From a virus: a stretch of DNA of 64,000 bases. The notes below the pieces were generated by a model, which was not told the DNA's origin, did not search any database, and worked only from the letters and a program-made list of their open reading frames with translations. Shown piece after piece: positions 1-9,817 of the stretch. The translations under genes were made by a program, and so were the position numbers. Positions within the stretch are counted from its first letter, which is position 1. Each line of letters starts with the position of its first letter. The DNA lies in the IMG/VR virus record IMGVR_UViG_3300025137_000025, positions 1 to 64,000 of that record. One strand, 5' to 3'.

Positions 1-342
1 AACCAAGTATACTGCTTCTCCTCCATTGCCGTCGTTAAGCACCCCATCGTGCACAGAAATTAAACCTCCTTTACGGGTTTCTAGTTTTAAGCTGTCTGTA
101 CCTGTAACAAGATTTGTACCAGCACTCTGAGCAAATGGAGACTTATATACCTCTACTCTATTTGTATTTACGCCGTCACTAGTTAAACCCGTTTTAACAT
201 GCGTCCCGTTATGATAAATTTCTAATGAGGGCGCAGTACCAACAGAGCCATTATACAGCCCAACAATATTATGTTTGTTAGTCTCTACAACGGCAAAGTT
301 AGAATTTACATTCTCAATTACATCAGATAACTTTATCGGCAT
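1..342 (-). CDS. Putative tail fibre/spike protein, 5' part only (runs off window; absent from ORF track)
   Basis: ATG at 342, frame open to position 1: MPIKLSDVIENVNSNFAVVETNKHNIVGLYNG...; N-terminus parallels the 2702..4768 protein (MAIKFGDTLENQNAAYPIVDVDGNNIAGV). Confidence 0.7.
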   Translation of the reverse strand, partial: MPIKLSDVIENVNSNFAVVETNKHNIVGLYNGSVGTAPSLEIYHNGTHVKTGLTSDGVNTNRVEVYKSPFAQSAGTNLVTGTDSLKLETRKGGLISVHDGVLNDGNGGEAVYLV

Positions 343-706
343 GGGGCTTGAGTGTTAGAAAATCCATTGCAGCCATCAAAACGTTGGGTGCAATAGACAA
401 AGTCCCATCGTCTATCAGTTCAACCTTTTTTAAGCGGACTTTCTCATCCTCATTGAGCAATGCTTCTATTTGCTTTTTGAAGTCTGCAGCATCATCATCA
501 GCAATTTTAGGTTCACCGTCTGAGTCAACTGTAGCTTTTGTTCGAAGCTGGTCAATATAAGTTTGTCTGTGCTCTTCAAATGATTCAACCAAAGGTTGCA
601 ACTTGGACATGTTTTGTGCAATAGTCCATCCAGTTACAAGTGGGAGCTGTGATTCACTTATAACCTGAAAGGCTTTATACACGTTAATACATTCTTTTAA
701 TAACAT
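323..706 (-). CDS. Small helical protein, DUF1617-like / possible tail-fibre assembly chaperone
   Basis: 127 aa helical protein directly downstream of a fibre gene; similar pattern to 11250..11657 (I-x-x-Y-K ... IAQN/VARN ... L-x-x-L-x-x-x-[FY]EE). Confidence 0.5.
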   Translation of the reverse strand: MLLKECINVYKAFQVISESQLPLVTGWTIAQNMSKLQPLVESFEEHRQTYIDQLRTKATVDSDGEPKIADDDAADFKKQIEALLNEDEKVRLKKVELIDDGTLSIAPNVLMAAMDFLTLKPHADKVI

Positions 707-730
707 TATATTTGAGATTGGTTTGCTTTA

Positions 731-738
731 CAAATATA
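731..738 (-). promoter_or_regulatory. Bacteroidota housekeeping-sigma -7 element (TATATTTG)
   Basis: TAnnTTTG on the minus strand in the intergenic gap upstream of ORF 706. Confidence 0.55.
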
Positions 739-742
739 CAAA

Positions 743-2674
743 TTATCCTACAACGACTACTTTGAACTCGTTGCCGGTAGCAATTCCTCCCCCTATAGCT
801 ACTCGAACTGTGTTTACTGTTTGCGAAGTATATGTAAAGAATACAATGTTCTGAGTAGCGTCACGTACTTGCACAATAACGTCTCTATGGTTTAATTGAT
901 GTGTAATTGTGAAATACCCATCTGTAACATTTTGTGATGTAATAGTATAGTTTAGTTTATAGATTCTAGCCACTCTAGTAAGAACACTAGAAGCATGATC
1001 CTTGTTGTCAATAGCCCAGTATTTATTGCCTACGGTACTATCAAAAACTAAAGAAGGGTGCGCAGAGTTATCGTGATTTTGTTTATAAGCTTCTATGCCC
1101 AAAAGAGTACCTGCAGCCATAACAGCAGCGTCTGCAAAATCAGTATCTGCTCCGTCATCTTCATTACCAAGCGTTATTAATGCGTCCTTCATATACACAT
1201 TTTCCTGTTGAAGGTTAATGTATGTACCGTCCCCAATGACGTTAAGATTACCTTTTACAGTAAGATCTCCCGTAGTAAGGAGACCTCTGCCGGCATCAGC
1301 TGACGGAGTAAAAGTTAAATCAGCAGTATCAATTTGTACTCCTGTAAAGTTTCCACCAGCAGCCGCAGTAGTAAGTACAACTTTATGTGCTGCTACTGTT
1401 CCCTCAGTTACAGTAATATTAGCGGTAGCCAGCGTTCCAAGACCTGAAACGTCTGCAGCTGCAATTTCTGCAAAAGTTGGAGCTGCAGCATCAGTGTCAT
1501 CGCCCACTGATTGTAAATACTTTTTAGTAGTAGTAGTATTACCCGCAAGGAATGCAGTAGAACCCGTACCATCCTGATAAGGTACACTGCCCAAAGCTCC
1601 TCCTGCAAGTTCAGTAGCGAGATCAGCAGTACCCGTCAAAGCTCCTACAAAAGCTGCAGAAGTAACACTATCTAATCCTGTAAATGTAGCAACACTAGCT
1701 CCTAAAGCTACTGCAGTTGAACCAATAGTGACAGACGCGTTTGCTAAATTAGCATTTGGCAAATCTCCTGTTACATGACTTGCAAGATTAATTGCGTTGA
1801 CCGTAATCTCTTGACCGGATAAAGATAGATAGCCCTGAGGAGAAGAGCCAAATGTTATTGCAGCATGATCCGTGGTATTAGTGTCTACCCACGGGACGTT
1901 AACTACTGCTTGGTCACTAGCGTTAAATTGAACTCCGTAGGTACGGCTAGCTGTAGTACTAACGGCTTCGGCTGCTACTGATTGTTCAGTATTAGAAAAT
2001 AATTTTAGACCTCCAAGAGAAGCGTTGGTCGCAGCACTAAGGCTACCTCCAACACCAAAGATTCCAATATATTTGTAACCTTTGATATAAACTACATCAT
2101 CAGTTGCAATACTACTAGTAAGCTCTGTAGATCCTCCTACTTGGTTGTTAGTGCCGCCTACTTCATCTTCGTTTGTCCAGTACAGAACTCCCGCCTGATA
2201 GTCGAAATACCAGTCAGACGTAGACACACCAGGTACAACACGGAAAACATTTGCTCCCGTGTTGGTACCATTTGTACCGCCGATAGTGGTAGCAATCGCA
2301 TCAGTTCCATTCCATCCTGAAGGACCAACGTAGACCTCTACTGTGTATCCCGCACTAAATTCTGCCGGAATCCAGTCTGTCTGTCCCGTACTCCACGCAC
2401 GTTTGAAGCCAGTAATGTTTGTATCAGTAGTACCTGACGCGGCAGTACACTCTACAACATCTGCTCCTTGATATGCTTGAACAATATCAGCTACAGCTGC
2501 AGGATTGCTTGGTATGCTAGACGTTTGTTGCAAAACTTTATCCCCCCGTAAAAACAAAGGCGATGCAATACCCTCACCAAACCCATCAACCTTTTCTGAT
2601 GTATCGGTTTTAGTTTTACCAAATGCAATCTTCTTGAGTAAGAGATCAACTTTTTCTTCTAATGAAAATGACAT
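743..2674 (-). CDS. Tail fibre protein
   Basis: 643 aa, G/T/A/S-rich beta-repeat character, fibre-shaft motifs (INLASHVTGDLP, GDLTVKGNLNVIG), C-terminal ITHQLNHRDVIVQV domain typical of fibre tips. Confidence 0.7.
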   Translation of the reverse strand: MSFSLEEKVDLLLKKIAFGKTKTDTSEKVDGFGEGIASPLFLRGDKVLQQTSSIPSNPAAVADIVQAYQGADVVECTAASGTTDTNITGFKRAWSTGQTDWIPAEFSAGYTVEVYVGPSGWNGTDAIATTIGGTNGTNTGANVFRVVPGVSTSDWYFDYQAGVLYWTNEDEVGGTNNQVGGSTELTSSIATDDVVYIKGYKYIGIFGVGGSLSAATNASLGGLKLFSNTEQSVAAEAVSTTASRTYGVQFNASDQAVVNVPWVDTNTTDHAAITFGSSPQGYLSLSGQEITVNAINLASHVTGDLPNANLANASVTIGSTAVALGASVATFTGLDSVTSAAFVGALTGTADLATELAGGALGSVPYQDGTGSTAFLAGNTTTTKKYLQSVGDDTDAAAPTFAEIAAADVSGLGTLATANITVTEGTVAAHKVVLTTAAAGGNFTGVQIDTADLTFTPSADAGRGLLTTGDLTVKGNLNVIGDGTYINLQQENVYMKDALITLGNEDDGADTDFADAAVMAAGTLLGIEAYKQNHDNSAHPSLVFDSTVGNKYWAIDNKDHASSVLTRVARIYKLNYTITSQNVTDGYFTITHQLNHRDVIVQVRDATQNIVFFTYTSQTVNTVRVAIGGGIATGNEFKVVVVG

Positions 2675-2701
2675 AGTTAATTAGTTTATATATTAAAGCT
2701 A

Positions 2702-4768
2702 TTATTCTTGAATTCCAAGCTTACTAATAGCCTCGCTCGCAGCAAGTTTAATACGAAGGAATAAGTGACTGCCTTTTCCCCAACGACCAGTTCCAGCAGT
2801 AATAGTCAACACCTTGTTGGTTTCATCTCCATCAAAGAAATCACCGTCCCCGCAGCCTCCAATAGGTACTCCACCACTTGTTTGTGTAGAGTTGACTGCC
2901 ATGCAATCCAGCCACCCGTTAGTACTTGGATTGGCATCCTCGGTGCTGTCGTCTTCGCCAGCATCAAACTGTTTTACTTTAAATTCAGTGAATGTGCCTG
3001 TTACAGTAATGTCTAGTTTTTGAACTGCGTTACTAGTGTCTAATGGAATCTTCCATGTAATAAACTGGGCATCACTATTACTACGAGTAGAGAAATCAGT
3101 AGCAGCAGCTTGAGATGTAGGGTAGCTAGCACCCGAATAGTCTATTGTACTTTCATGTTTAATACCAGCAGGAATTACAATTGCATCTTTGGCATTGATA
3201 GCAAAAGAACTACTTGCGTTGTTACCAAATTGGGGGCTCCAAGCTCCAAAGTTTGCTGCAGTACCGCCAGGTGTGCTTGTATAAGAATTTACAGTTGTTT
3301 CTTTTACTCGCACTCCGTCTCCGTTAACATCCGAAAACAGTTCCTCTTCAAAAGGAACCATTGTACTAGAATTTGAAACCCGACTGTTCCAAGCTACTAA
3401 GACTTTAGCTGTACTGTTAGCAAAGTCAACATTATCGTCATTACCATACATAGACTTAAAGTCATATCTAGGCTTAACGGCTGAGCCAATGATGAACGTA
3501 CCATTACTAGCTTGAAGACTTACATTTTGACTTAAGCTGTAGCTCGCTAGTCCAGCTGCAACATTTGTGTTACTACTAACATTTTGATGTGCAGTATAGT
3601 CTAGTGTAGGAGGTGCTGCAAAACAGGACTGTGCCTCGCCTACCGCCCAGTTGTAATTAGAAGGACTGTCTAATACCGCTCCATAAACACTGACTCCACT
3701 AGGCACAATGTTTGTTACTGTTGCGCTAATACCAAAGCTAAAGGCTGTATTGCCGCAGTACTTAACGCCACTGCTGTAGTAGTAAGCAAAGCCTGTGTCT
3801 TCATTCATAGAAGACGTGTCCAGCACAGCACTTGCTGCTGAAATAGCAGCGGGGCTGGAAATAGGCTGTATAAAGAAAGTCTTACTAACTGCAGGAGTAG
3901 CGTCTGCATCCCCAATAGCAATCTTATGCGCTCCTACTCCAAGTGTCCCACTGTATGAGTAGGTGAAGCTAGTTATACCCGTATAAAATCCCGCAGAGTC
4001 ACCAATAGTTGGAAAACCACCAGTCACTTTAGCAAGAGTAAGACTGCTAGTAGTCTGACTAGAGTCCCCTGCTGCCAAGTTTGTTACGACACCTGCAGTT
4101 CCTGCAAGAATTAATGTAGCTGCTTCTACCGCGCAATTATTAGCAGGGATAATTGTAATTGTCTCAGAAGTAATGTCTGTATCTGTAGTATGATCTACAG
4201 AAGTGCCTGTAGATGGAAGACCCGACAAGCTATTGGTAACAGGATTTGAAACGAGATTGTTTTGCTTAAATTCAGTAAAAGCCCCAAAATTTGAAGCAGC
4301 AAACTCACCTCCCGCATTAAGCTGAGTTTCAAGTGTTACTGGGGCAGTAGGTACAAGCAAGCCTAAAAGATCATTAAGCTGATCGATAGCGGATGTAAAA
4401 GTAGTAGTAGTTGCAAGGCTACTAATAGCTGCACCCGCTGTTTGAAGAGCACTATTGTCAAAGCTACTATCAGCTCCTAAAGTGTTATCTCCAGATTGCA
4501 ATGCCCAACCAGTACCATCGTGATCTTTCCATAAATTGTTACTACCGGTACCATCTGCAGTATCACTACCAAGATAGATGTATACCTTACCAGTATCTTT
4601 TGCAATTACAATACTGCCTTGCCTTCGAGTATTTACTGGAACGCCTGCTAGCGCTGCTTGTGAAAAAGTTGTCACGTGGTGTACACCTGCAATATTGTTA
4701 CCGTCTACATCCACAATAGGGTATGCAGCGTTTTGATTTTCAAGTGTATCTCCAAATTTGATTGCCAT
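2702..4768 (-). CDS. Tail fibre/spike-like structural protein
   Basis: 688 aa, S/T/G/A-rich; N-terminal RRQGSIVIAKDTGKVY module; tail-module context. Confidence 0.6.
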   Translation of the reverse strand: MAIKFGDTLENQNAAYPIVDVDGNNIAGVHHVTTFSQAALAGVPVNTRRQGSIVIAKDTGKVYIYLGSDTADGTGSNNLWKDHDGTGWALQSGDNTLGADSSFDNSALQTAGAAISSLATTTTFTSAIDQLNDLLGLLVPTAPVTLETQLNAGGEFAASNFGAFTEFKQNNLVSNPVTNSLSGLPSTGTSVDHTTDTDITSETITIIPANNCAVEAATLILAGTAGVVTNLAAGDSSQTTSSLTLAKVTGGFPTIGDSAGFYTGITSFTYSYSGTLGVGAHKIAIGDADATPAVSKTFFIQPISSPAAISAASAVLDTSSMNEDTGFAYYYSSGVKYCGNTAFSFGISATVTNIVPSGVSVYGAVLDSPSNYNWAVGEAQSCFAAPPTLDYTAHQNVSSNTNVAAGLASYSLSQNVSLQASNGTFIIGSAVKPRYDFKSMYGNDDNVDFANSTAKVLVAWNSRVSNSSTMVPFEEELFSDVNGDGVRVKETTVNSYTSTPGGTAANFGAWSPQFGNNASSSFAINAKDAIVIPAGIKHESTIDYSGASYPTSQAAATDFSTRSNSDAQFITWKIPLDTSNAVQKLDITVTGTFTEFKVKQFDAGEDDSTEDANPSTNGWLDCMAVNSTQTSGGVPIGGCGDGDFFDGDETNKVLTITAGTGRWGKGSHLFLRIKLAASEAISKLGIQE

Positions 4769-4769
4769 A

Positions 4770-6050
4770 TCAAGAATATTTTAGTTCTAGATTTAATATA
4801 AGATTATCATCAAAAGCTCCAGGTTGATTGGATCTGTAAGCTTTATATGTAGGAGCCGCTGTTCCTACTGTGTGTGGAAAACCACTGCCCCCGTTATCGT
4901 AAAGTGTCCAACTATCTGTGTAGTTTGCAACACCTTTACCTATAACTTGAGCCGCTACTTCTCCCAATGTACCTGATCCTGGTATTAAAATCCAAGTAAA
5001 GGTACTATTATTTTCTGTATTATTGTTACATTGTACTTGTAAACTTTGCACAGCCTTTGACGGATCTACTAATAGTGTAGAGGTTATTGTGCTAGTTGCA
5101 TTGTTTAATAAGTCTTGCACAGAGCTTATAGATGACGAGGTAGATGTAATTACATAAAACTTGTTTCTATACTTTATATGTACAGTTTTTAGTAACGTAG
5201 TACTGCCTGCGCTGGGATCTGTGTAGGAAGCCTGCACTTTAATATTTCTTTGGCTTACTGTAGCTGATACAGGAATGCCAGGAGACGAGTATGTTGTAGC
5301 TTGTGCATATGGAACAGCTAGTGCTCCGAAGTCAGCTATAGACTGTTGTACTAAAGTGATAAACCCCCCTACGGTAGTAGTGTCTACTATAACTAAGTTG
5401 GAAGAAGCTGTTAAGCTTTCAGGGTTATTAAAGGTTATCCTTACGGCACTTGTGTTTGCTGCAACGCCGCACTGTACTATTAAGTTTTCTCCTTCTGCAA
5501 TTGACGCCCCAGTCCCAGTAATACTAATTGCTCCTATACTAGGAATTAAAAATGGGGCAAGTATATCTCTCATAAGAACCTCTACAGCTGTTCCGCTGTT
5601 GTAAGTATCTCCTTTTTCAGCACTCCCAATGGTATTAGTTACTGTTAAGGTTTGATCTAGAGTAGAGCTCCCTCCATCAGCTTCTGCCCAAACGTATGTT
5701 CCATTAACGTACTTGAGAAATTTGTTTGTTACAGGTACAGGAACATCTTCTAGATCTTCTAGTTGATGAGGGCTTGTTTTAAAAAATGCGTTTAGCGCTA
5801 CAGCTGTTGCATTTACATTGGCTCCCCAAACAGCATTGTTCTCTGTTATTATGTCCCCGTGTGCAAGTCCAATAAATACTTTAATCTCCTTAGATTGTGT
5901 TTCAATATCTATTGCTCCTCCTACTACTCGTGCAAAAAGTTCTTGCGTAGGAAATGCACGTACACCTAATACCGTGTTTGTGTTTGTGGCATCTACTGTT
6001 TGCACTGTATGCTGTCCACCGCTTGCTTTAATTTTATACTTGTTTGCCAT
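4770..6050 (-). CDS. Putative virion structural (tail-associated) protein
   Basis: 426 aa, T/S-rich beta protein with fibre-like LEDLEDV...KFLKYVNGTYVW repeat unit; translationally coupled to ring protein. Confidence 0.55.
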   Translation of the reverse strand: MANKYKIKASGGQHTVQTVDATNTNTVLGVRAFPTQELFARVVGGAIDIETQSKEIKVFIGLAHGDIITENNAVWGANVNATAVALNAFFKTSPHQLEDLEDVPVPVTNKFLKYVNGTYVWAEADGGSSTLDQTLTVTNTIGSAEKGDTYNSGTAVEVLMRDILAPFLIPSIGAISITGTGASIAEGENLIVQCGVAANTSAVRITFNNPESLTASSNLVIVDTTTVGGFITLVQQSIADFGALAVPYAQATTYSSPGIPVSATVSQRNIKVQASYTDPSAGSTTLLKTVHIKYRNKFYVITSTSSSISSVQDLLNNATSTITSTLLVDPSKAVQSLQVQCNNNTENNSTFTWILIPGSGTLGEVAAQVIGKGVANYTDSWTLYDNGGSGFPHTVGTAAPTYKAYRSNQPGAFDDNLILNLELKYS

Positions 6051-7432
6051 TACTCCACTTTAAGCGTTCCTGCACTTATTTTAACTGCGCTGAGTCCTGG
6101 GTTTGATTGTACAGGGAGTCTAAGGAATACAGTAGCTGATTGTACACTTCCCACAAGAGTTGTTTCGTCTCCTTGTATTTGTGTATCATTACCACTGAGG
6201 GCATATGTAGTTGTTCCTACAATTGTCTCTTGACCTGTAGAATTATTAACCATCACTACTTCTATATCTAAATCTCCTGCCCCGTCATCATTAAATGCTA
6301 AGGTGTAGGCATACGTCAAAGTCATAGACGACGTAAGTCCGGTGAGAAGCCATTGATTGTTGGCGTACGTAATAATAGATGTGCCGTCAATTGTGCTTAA
6401 GTCTGTAGATTGTGGATTAAGCAATTGCACTGCAGCAGTTATACCTGCTCCGACTGCAACTCCATCTGTTGTAGTACTGCTCCAAGAAACGCTAGTTGTT
6501 CTACGGGTTAGGTTTGTAGCAGCACTCTTTGTAGGAACGCTGTTTGAAATAGTTGCGCTATCTATAAGTGTTCCGCCCCCATTTCTGTCTAGTGACTCAC
6601 GTCTGTTGAGACTACCAAATCCTTCTGCGTGTCTGTTAATGTTAGGAATGAGTCGTACCCATTGATCCATAAAGGATTCGTATGCATCAATATCTGGATA
6701 GTTAGCTGCATTTCTAGCTTGAGTGCAGTAGTACTTCCATTGCATTTCTGCAAATTCATACCCAATCCCATTTTGAGATGGAGTCATATTACCCAGCAAC
6801 ATCTTTTTATATACGTACCAGAACATAGCCTCTTTAAAGCTAATGTCGTCTGGGATAAGAGGGTAGCAGTCATCATCCACGGGAAAAGCCATATAGCTTA
6901 AGCATACTTTGCCTGTAGAGAAAGATGTCTTAATCTTATCTGCTTCGATGTAATAACATCGTGACGTTACTTTATTATCTTCTATACAGTCAGGACAGTC
7001 TGTGCTTCTTGGAAAATGAGATCGGCATTTTGTTAAGATAGCCATGTCGTCTGCTCCCCCAAGTTGATTCTCTAAGACTTGCAGTCTAGAGTTCATTTCA
7101 TTTAGCGTATGGTTAGATGCTCCTGTTCCGTTTATGATATTGTCTATTCTTTCCAAGAGCGTATCCATTTGCTCTGAGATAATCACAGATTCAGCTGTTT
7201 CGTTTACAGCTACTTGATTAACGTAAAAGAGATCACTCGGCAATGCAGCTTTGTAATCTTTTATACTTAAAACGCAGGTACGCAACGCTAGCTGAGAAGC
7301 AGCACCAATGTGCTCAAGTGCTTCTCCCATCCACTCGACTGCATCATCTATCCAGTTATCTGTGTTAGGGTTTATGTCCCTAAAGATTTTCCGGATGATA
7401 ACCTTGCTAGATGTTGTTTTATATATTGCCAT
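6050..7432 (-). CDS. Tail ring/tubular protein (crAss-like Ttub/ring-1 type) with C-terminal extension
   Basis: N-terminal ~280 aa pattern (DAVEWMGEALEHIG ... ALPSDL ... CLSYMAFPVDDDCYPLIPD ... WKYYCTQA) typical of crAss-like ring proteins; follows IHF-like gene as in Crassvirales. Confidence 0.65.
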   Translation of the reverse strand: MAIYKTTSSKVIIRKIFRDINPNTDNWIDDAVEWMGEALEHIGAASQLALRTCVLSIKDYKAALPSDLFYVNQVAVNETAESVIISEQMDTLLERIDNIINGTGASNHTLNEMNSRLQVLENQLGGADDMAILTKCRSHFPRSTDCPDCIEDNKVTSRCYYIEADKIKTSFSTGKVCLSYMAFPVDDDCYPLIPDDISFKEAMFWYVYKKMLLGNMTPSQNGIGYEFAEMQWKYYCTQARNAANYPDIDAYESFMDQWVRLIPNINRHAEGFGSLNRRESLDRNGGGTLIDSATISNSVPTKSAATNLTRRTTSVSWSSTTTDGVAVGAGITAAVQLLNPQSTDLSTIDGTSIITYANNQWLLTGLTSSMTLTYAYTLAFNDDGAGDLDIEVVMVNNSTGQETIVGTTTYALSGNDTQIQGDETTLVGSVQSATVFLRLPVQSNPGLSAVKISAGTLKVE

Positions 7433-7901
7433 GCTTCTTAAATTTGAGATAGGCTAATTCGTCTTCCTTCAGTAGCTTAGTTAACTTTTCCTTGTTTCCC
7501 TTTACGCCTCGGGTAGGGGTAAACCTGTATGCCGTTTTGTTGGGGATTTTGCATTTATGCTTTTCCCAATGGTACTTGCAATACCACGGATCAGTGTAGT
7601 ATATAAACCACTTTGATCCTTCAGGGTCATCTTCTGAGAATAAAGTTTTACCCTCAGCCAATAACTCCTGCTTGTATTTATTACTCTCCCACCAATCTAT
7701 AGTAGGTTTGGACGGGTTACGTTCAATCCTACGTATAGAAAGGTTAGAGAGATTATTCTTCATATTAAATACACTTCCTTCAAGAATTCCTTCTATAACC
7801 TCCATGTTGAACCTTTCGCAAATCTCTTTAAAAAGTTTTTTACTAATAGGTTCTTCTACTGACGTAGAGTAGCTGCTATATACATTCTTGAATGTGTGCA
7901 T
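7419..7901 (-). CDS. IHF/HU-like conserved crAss tail-module protein
   Basis: Helix-helix followed by FNMKNNLSNLSIRR, IDWWES and YRFTPTR; position between ring genes as in Crassvirales. Confidence 0.6.
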   Translation of the reverse strand: MHTFKNVYSSYSTSVEEPISKKLFKEICERFNMEVIEGILEGSVFNMKNNLSNLSIRRIERNPSKPTIDWWESNKYKQELLAEGKTLFSEDDPEGSKWFIYYTDPWYCKYHWEKHKCKIPNKTAYRFTPTRGVKGNKEKLTKLLKEDELAYLKFKKHGNI

Positions 7902-7905
7902 CTAT

Positions 7906-8850
7906 TTAGCGCTTGCCACCTTTTTTCATATACCCCATCTTGTTACGGACAGAAGTAGGAAGTTTCTTTAAGCCTTTTTGATCGTCGCTAGGAGCTTTTA
8001 ACCCACCTGCCTGCATTTTACCTTGTAGTTTACCTACACGCTTTTTCAGCCTGTCAGTTTTTCTAGCAGAACGCGCAGTTCTTCGGTCTATTGGTTTTTT
8101 AGCTGATGCTGCAGGAGCTGCACTTTTAAGTTCGGCTTGTAAAGCTCGAGTGTCTCCTTGAGGGCTCATGCCCGTTCTGCTTGCTGTTGGCTTTGTTGAA
8201 ACTTTTGCAACAGGCTTTTTAGCAGCAGGCTTAGCTACAGCTTTAGCAGGAGTTGAAGACTTAATAGTAGGATTTCGCTCTGGGTTTTTAGTAGCGGGCT
8301 TAGGTGCTACTTTGTTAACCTCCTTACGCATAGGTCCTTTGCCGTACGCTTTGTTGATTTGATTTTGTACTCTATTGTACTCAACAGTTCCTCTTGTAAG
8401 GCCTTTTCTTTCCTTAATCAACTTATCCAAGTTAGGATTCTTTTTCTTAGCATCGGCATAAGAACTACTTGTTTTAGCTGCAGCTGGCTTTTTAGCAGCG
8501 GTAGTTGTTTTAGTAGCGATAGCTCTTTTAGCTCCAACATCTTGAGGCTTAGGGCTTGTAGCTCCTGTGCCCATCACCCCAATTTTGTCCATAGTAGACC
8601 CATCTTTAGCAGCTTTCTGTCTTGCTAATCTTTGTTCCTCTGCCTTCTTTTTTGCAGCGTTTTCTGCTCCTCTTTTAGCAGCTGCAGCGCTATCTACAGG
8701 ACTTTCATTTGGGCGTCGTCCTCCGGGTGCCATCTTTTTAACACCTCCAAAGGATAGTTCTTTGTTAGGTTCGAGGAAGCTCCCATTCTTGTACATCGTC
8801 TTTTTGTTGCCTCCATACATTTTCTTGGAGGGTTTTTTCATATATGCCAT
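7906..8850 (-). CDS. Highly basic K/A-rich protein (H1-like), possible internal head protein
   Basis: Probable start MAYMKKP at 8850; AKKP/AAKK low complexity; repeated xxGG motifs. Confidence 0.6.
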   Translation of the reverse strand: MAYMKKPSKKMYGGNKKTMYKNGSFLEPNKELSFGGVKKMAPGGRRPNESPVDSAAAAKRGAENAAKKKAEEQRLARQKAAKDGSTMDKIGVMGTGATSPKPQDVGAKRAIATKTTTAAKKPAAAKTSSSYADAKKKNPNLDKLIKERKGLTRGTVEYNRVQNQINKAYGKGPMRKEVNKVAPKPATKNPERNPTIKSSTPAKAVAKPAAKKPVAKVSTKPTASRTGMSPQGDTRALQAELKSAAPAASAKKPIDRRTARSARKTDRLKKRVGKLQGKMQAGGLKAPSDDQKGLKKLPTSVRNKMGYMKKGGKR

Positions 8851-8873
8851 AGGTTCTATTGTTATTGTAGAAA

Positions 8874-9146
8874 TTAACACTTACATCTCCATTTGCGGAG
8901 AGCCTTGTTAATTCTTGAGTTAGGATCTTTTTTTGTTTCTGTTCCTGTGCGACTACGTTTCATACCACACATTCTTGCACAGAAAGATTTACGGCGAGAT
9001 TTTTTTTTGCCTGTGGGATTTTTTTCTGTCACAGCTTTAGATAGAGTACTTCCAGGATTAGCCCTTCGGTACGAAGCGATGCCTGCGGAGTTAAGTCCGC
9101 CTGAGGCACTTTTGCCTTCTTTCCTTTGCCATGCGGGAGATGCCAT
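8874..9146 (-). CDS. DUF6321-like small basic phage protein
   Basis: PAWQRKEGK...GGLN..G..SY...NPGS.L...RRKSFCARM.GMK...DPNSRINKALRKW.C. Confidence 0.75.
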   Translation of the reverse strand: MASPAWQRKEGKSASGGLNSAGIASYRRANPGSTLSKAVTEKNPTGKKKSRRKSFCARMCGMKRSRTGTETKKDPNSRINKALRKWRCKC

Positions 9147-9148
9147 GA

Positions 9149-9817
9149 TTACTGCGTATCTTGTTGTCTATCGTTTTCGTCGTCTACTAAGGTACTAATT
9201 AATAGTTTAAGTTCTCCATTAACTAGTCCTGAGGTTATTGCTGAAACCATATCAGCAGGTATAGGGAAAGTAGAGTTTGCATCATAGCAGTTTTCTTCAC
9301 AGCTTTTTATTCCTGCAAGCTCTTCTGGATCTTCAAATACACCTCGTATATTTACTTGCTCCATTCCCTTAGGATTGTAGATATACATGTAGTCTTCTAT
9401 CATGTATGCCTTTGCGTTATTTGCTGTGTATTTATCAGCAGATAACCATTGAACCTCATATGGCTCGATTATAGGTATTCTGCCTAATCCTGTTATGTCT
9501 CCTACATGTGTAATAGCATCACTAAAGTTAAAACGAACAGTGCGTGGTATTTTAATTGTGGTTCTATAGACTGGACAAGCTGTTGTAAAGTCGCAGGGGC
9601 ACTTGCTAGCATCTACTTTAACAAGACTTACACAACCAAGGTCTTGTTCTAAGTGCCGTGTTATAAGTCCGTTACGCATAAAATCTCTGCGAATAAACAT
9701 CGCACGGTAATGCTTAATGTTGAATTTAATCTGTCCAAGAGATAGATTCTCATCATTATGGGTCCTGCCAGCTCTTAGGAGATTTAGCAGGTTGTATGCA
9801 ATTTCATTCAGTGTCAT
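9149..9817 (-). CDS. Tail ring protein (crAss-like ring-2 type)
   Basis: MTLNEIAYNLL..., QDLGCVSL, YMYIYNP...VNIRGVFEDP, C.D...FPIP motifs; tail-module synteny. Confidence 0.65.
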   Translation of the reverse strand: MTLNEIAYNLLNLLRAGRTHNDENLSLGQIKFNIKHYRAMFIRRDFMRNGLITRHLEQDLGCVSLVKVDASKCPCDFTTACPVYRTTIKIPRTVRFNFSDAITHVGDITGLGRIPIIEPYEVQWLSADKYTANNAKAYMIEDYMYIYNPKGMEQVNIRGVFEDPEELAGIKSCEENCYDANSTFPIPADMVSAITSGLVNGELKLLISTLVDDENDRQQDTQ

